A stretch of DNA of 49,275 nt from Planctomycetota bacterium (GTDB taxonomy: Bacteria; Planctomycetota; Planctomycetia; JALXBF01), in the NCBI GenBank assembly GCA_026991575.1, contig JALXBF010000122.1, positions 1 through 49,275 on the forward strand, in the 5' to 3' direction. Positions 47,253 through 49,275 of the stretch are shown here, piece after piece (the first letter of the stretch is position 1; each line of letters opens with the position of its first letter). The translations under genes and the position numbers were made by a program. The notes under the pieces were generated by a model. That model saw only the letters and a program-made list of their open reading frames with translations. It was not told where the DNA came from and made no database searches.

Positions 47253-48239
47253 ATGAACGATCGCACAAGGGCCAAAATCCGTGCCACGGTGGCGCTGGTC
47301 CTGGGAATCGGCCTCATCGGCCTGCTGCTCTACCGTAACCGCAGCGACCTGCACCGGCTGCTCGCAGAACCGCCCGACCTAAGCTGGGTGCTGGCCGCCC
47401 AGGCGATTGTGTTTATCGGCATCTATAGCACGTTCGTCCGCTGGTACCTGCTAGTGCGCGCCCAGGGGTTGAACTTCCCGTTCATGGATGCCCAACGATT
47501 AGGCTTTGTTGGATTCCTGTTCAATCAGGTGATTCCGGGGGCAGTCAGCGGCGACCTGGTCAAGCTGGGACTGTTCGCACGGGAACAGGAGAAGCTCGGC
47601 CTCGGCATGGCGACCATCGCCGTAGACCGGATCGTCGGGATGTACGGCCTGTTCCTGATCGGCTCGGCAGCCGTGGTCGGCTTCTGGGAACAGGTGATGC
47701 GGACCGGTGGGCTGCGGTCAGCCGCCCTGCTCGTGCTGGCTGCCGCACTGGCAAGCACCCTCATCCTGGCCATCCTGATCCTGGCCGCCTCCCTGCCTTG
47801 GCTTGGCCGGATCACACGCCAGCTTCCGGTTATCGGCCGTCCGCTTACTGAGATGATCGACGCCCTGGCGGTGTACCGGGGTAAGTACGGCACGCTGCTG
47901 GTCGCCATCGGTCTGGCCTCATTCGGCCACGCCTGCTTCGTGACGGCACTGTACTGCTGTGCCCGGGCGCTACCTGGGGCCGACTGGCCGCTGGTCACGC
48001 ACTGCGTCGCCACCCCCATCGGTCTGACCATCAACGCACTCCCCTTGACGTCCGGGGGAATCGGAGTGGGCGAAGCCGCTATGCAGGAGATCTTCGCGCT
48101 GTTGGGCCACGACGGCGCCAAGGCCTTTCTGATGATGCTCACGTACCGCCTGCTGAACTGGGTGGTCGCGCTGGGCGGCGTTCCATATCTGGTCCGCTCT
48201 GCCCACGCACGCCGTCGGCTGGAGCAACCGGTCCGGTAG
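47253..48239 (+). CDS. Lysylphosphatidylglycerol synthase TM-domain (flippase-like) protein
   Basis: RWYLLVRAQG, FNQVIPGAVSGDLVK, DRIVG, LPLTSGGIGVGE and YR motifs. Start MNDRT at 47253. Confidence 0.88.
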   Translation: MNDRTRAKIRATVALVLGIGLIGLLLYRNRSDLHRLLAEPPDLSWVLAAQAIVFIGIYSTFVRWYLLVRAQGLNFPFMDAQRLGFVGFLFNQVIPGAVSGDLVKLGLFAREQEKLGLGMATIAVDRIVGMYGLFLIGSAAVVGFWEQVMRTGGLRSAALLVLAAALASTLILAILILAASLPWLGRITRQLPVIGRPLTEMIDALAVYRGKYGTLLVAIGLASFGHACFVTALYCCARALPGADWPLVTHCVATPIGLTINALPLTSGGIGVGEAAMQEIFALLGHDGAKAFLMMLTYRLLNWVVALGGVPYLVRSAHARRRLEQPVR

Positions 48240-48401
48240 TTGGAAGCGGGCTCGCCAGGAGCCGGCGCGCCCTGGTGCGCCTGTGTTGGGCAAATCGCCC
48301 TGCTAGACCCCCCTCAGCGTGTGCCTCGTCTTGCTCCCCGCAATAGCCACGGCGTGCTGTGGCGGCTACGTACCTGGGAAAGAGCATCAGGCGAGCGCAA
48401 G

Positions 48402-48430
48402 TTGACACAACGAAAGCTGTTGCCGATAAT
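48402..48430 (+). promoter_or_regulatory. Putative sigma70 promoter
   Basis: TTGACA-17 bp-GATAAT upstream of the last gene. Confidence 0.45.
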
Positions 48431-48559
48431 CCACCGGCAAGGGCCCGCGGAAATGCCTTCGTTGAGCTGGCCGGTTACCCGATGCCGGCAGTGACGGTTC
48501 CGTATCCGTGCTCTTGCCCGACCAACGCAACGGGGCGCACGGGCCAGCATCGCCGACGC

Positions 48560-49275
48560 ATGACGAGGAAGTTGACCGTGATCCGTCTCGTCGCGTGCCT
48601 CACCGCCTGGTTGGTGCCGGCGCTGGTGGCAGCCGTAGCCGGTGAGTACGACGCTTCCAGCAGCCACTGGGCATTCCGGCCCCTGCAGGCTACGCGTCCA
48701 CCTCGCATCGACTCATCCTGGCCTAGCTCGCCCATCGATGCCTTCTTGCTCCGCGCAGCGATTTCCCAGGGGGTTCAGCCGGCTCCGGACGCAGACACGC
48801 AGACCGCGTTGCGCCGGTTGTACTTCACATTGCACGGTCTGCCACCGAGCCCGGAGGCGGTTCGCCGGTTCCTCGCCGACCGGCGCCCTGACCGCTGGTC
48901 TCGGCTTGTTGATCGCCTGCTCGCGTCACCGCGTTTCGGACAACGCTGGGCACGGCACTGGCTCGATGTGGCCCGCTACGCCGATTCTAGCGGCGGCGGC
49001 CGCTCGCTGGTTTTCTCTGAGTCCTGGCGCTACCGCGATTACGTCATCGACACGTACAACAGAGACACGCCGTTCGAGCAGTTCGTGTTCGAGCAGCTCG
49101 CGGGCGACCTGCTGCCGGCGACAGAGCTGGACCAGCGCCGCCGCGCCCTTATTGCGACGGGCTTCCTGGTCATCGGACCGAACAACTATGAGACGCAGAA
49201 CAAGCGACTGCTTGACTACGACATCGCCGATGAGCAGATCGAAACGGTGGGCAAAGCTTTCCTGGGCATCTCACT
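48560..49275 (+). CDS. DUF1549/PSD1 planctomycete domain protein, 5' partial (runs off the window)
   Basis: Signal peptide, HWAFRP, PIDAF, LRRLYFTLHGLPP, FGQRWARHWLDVARYADS, WRYRDYVI, EQLAGDLL, IATGF. Confidence 0.92.
   Translation, partial: MTRKLTVIRLVACLTAWLVPALVAAVAGEYDASSSHWAFRPLQATRPPRIDSSWPSSPIDAFLLRAAISQGVQPAPDADTQTALRRLYFTLHGLPPSPEAVRRFLADRRPDRWSRLVDRLLASPRFGQRWARHWLDVARYADSSGGGRSLVFSESWRYRDYVIDTYNRDTPFEQFVFEQLAGDLLPATELDQRRRALIATGFLVIGPNNYETQNKRLLDYDIADEQIETVGKAFLGIS

Overview
GC-rich bacterial chromosomal window with a clear Planctomycetota signature: a DUF1559 prepilin, planctomycete cytochrome c and DUF1549/PSD1 domains, a PVC-type heme-binding protein, an LEPRxLL-like motif and a PQQ-like propeller. 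Bases ~1-7600 form an accessory, decaying region. It holds the 5' end of a group II intron abutting a hairpin, a HEAT-repeat relic, an orphan Rhs core/C-terminal fragment with a possible immunity gene, an IS66 transposase relic and a DUF1573-DUF1559-LolA-like cassette. The rest is mostly housekeeping or lineage-typical: pckG, a Fur/PerR regulator, an M14+S9 peptidase fusion, glgP, tRNA-Arg(UCU), dnaE and MFS transporters. The best candidate for an undescribed system is a five-gene operon at 21390-25000. It runs merR-family regulator, Cys-pair OB-fold lipoprotein, PQQ-like propeller, cytochrome c with a Met-rich linker, then HMA chaperone. A MerR-type promoter with a perfect 18-bp operator drives it, yet it has no merA, merT, copA or cus gene. 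Two very basic small genes (49 and 54 aa, one histone-H1-like) are missing from the ORF track. All family calls come from motif recognition by eye; no searches were run.
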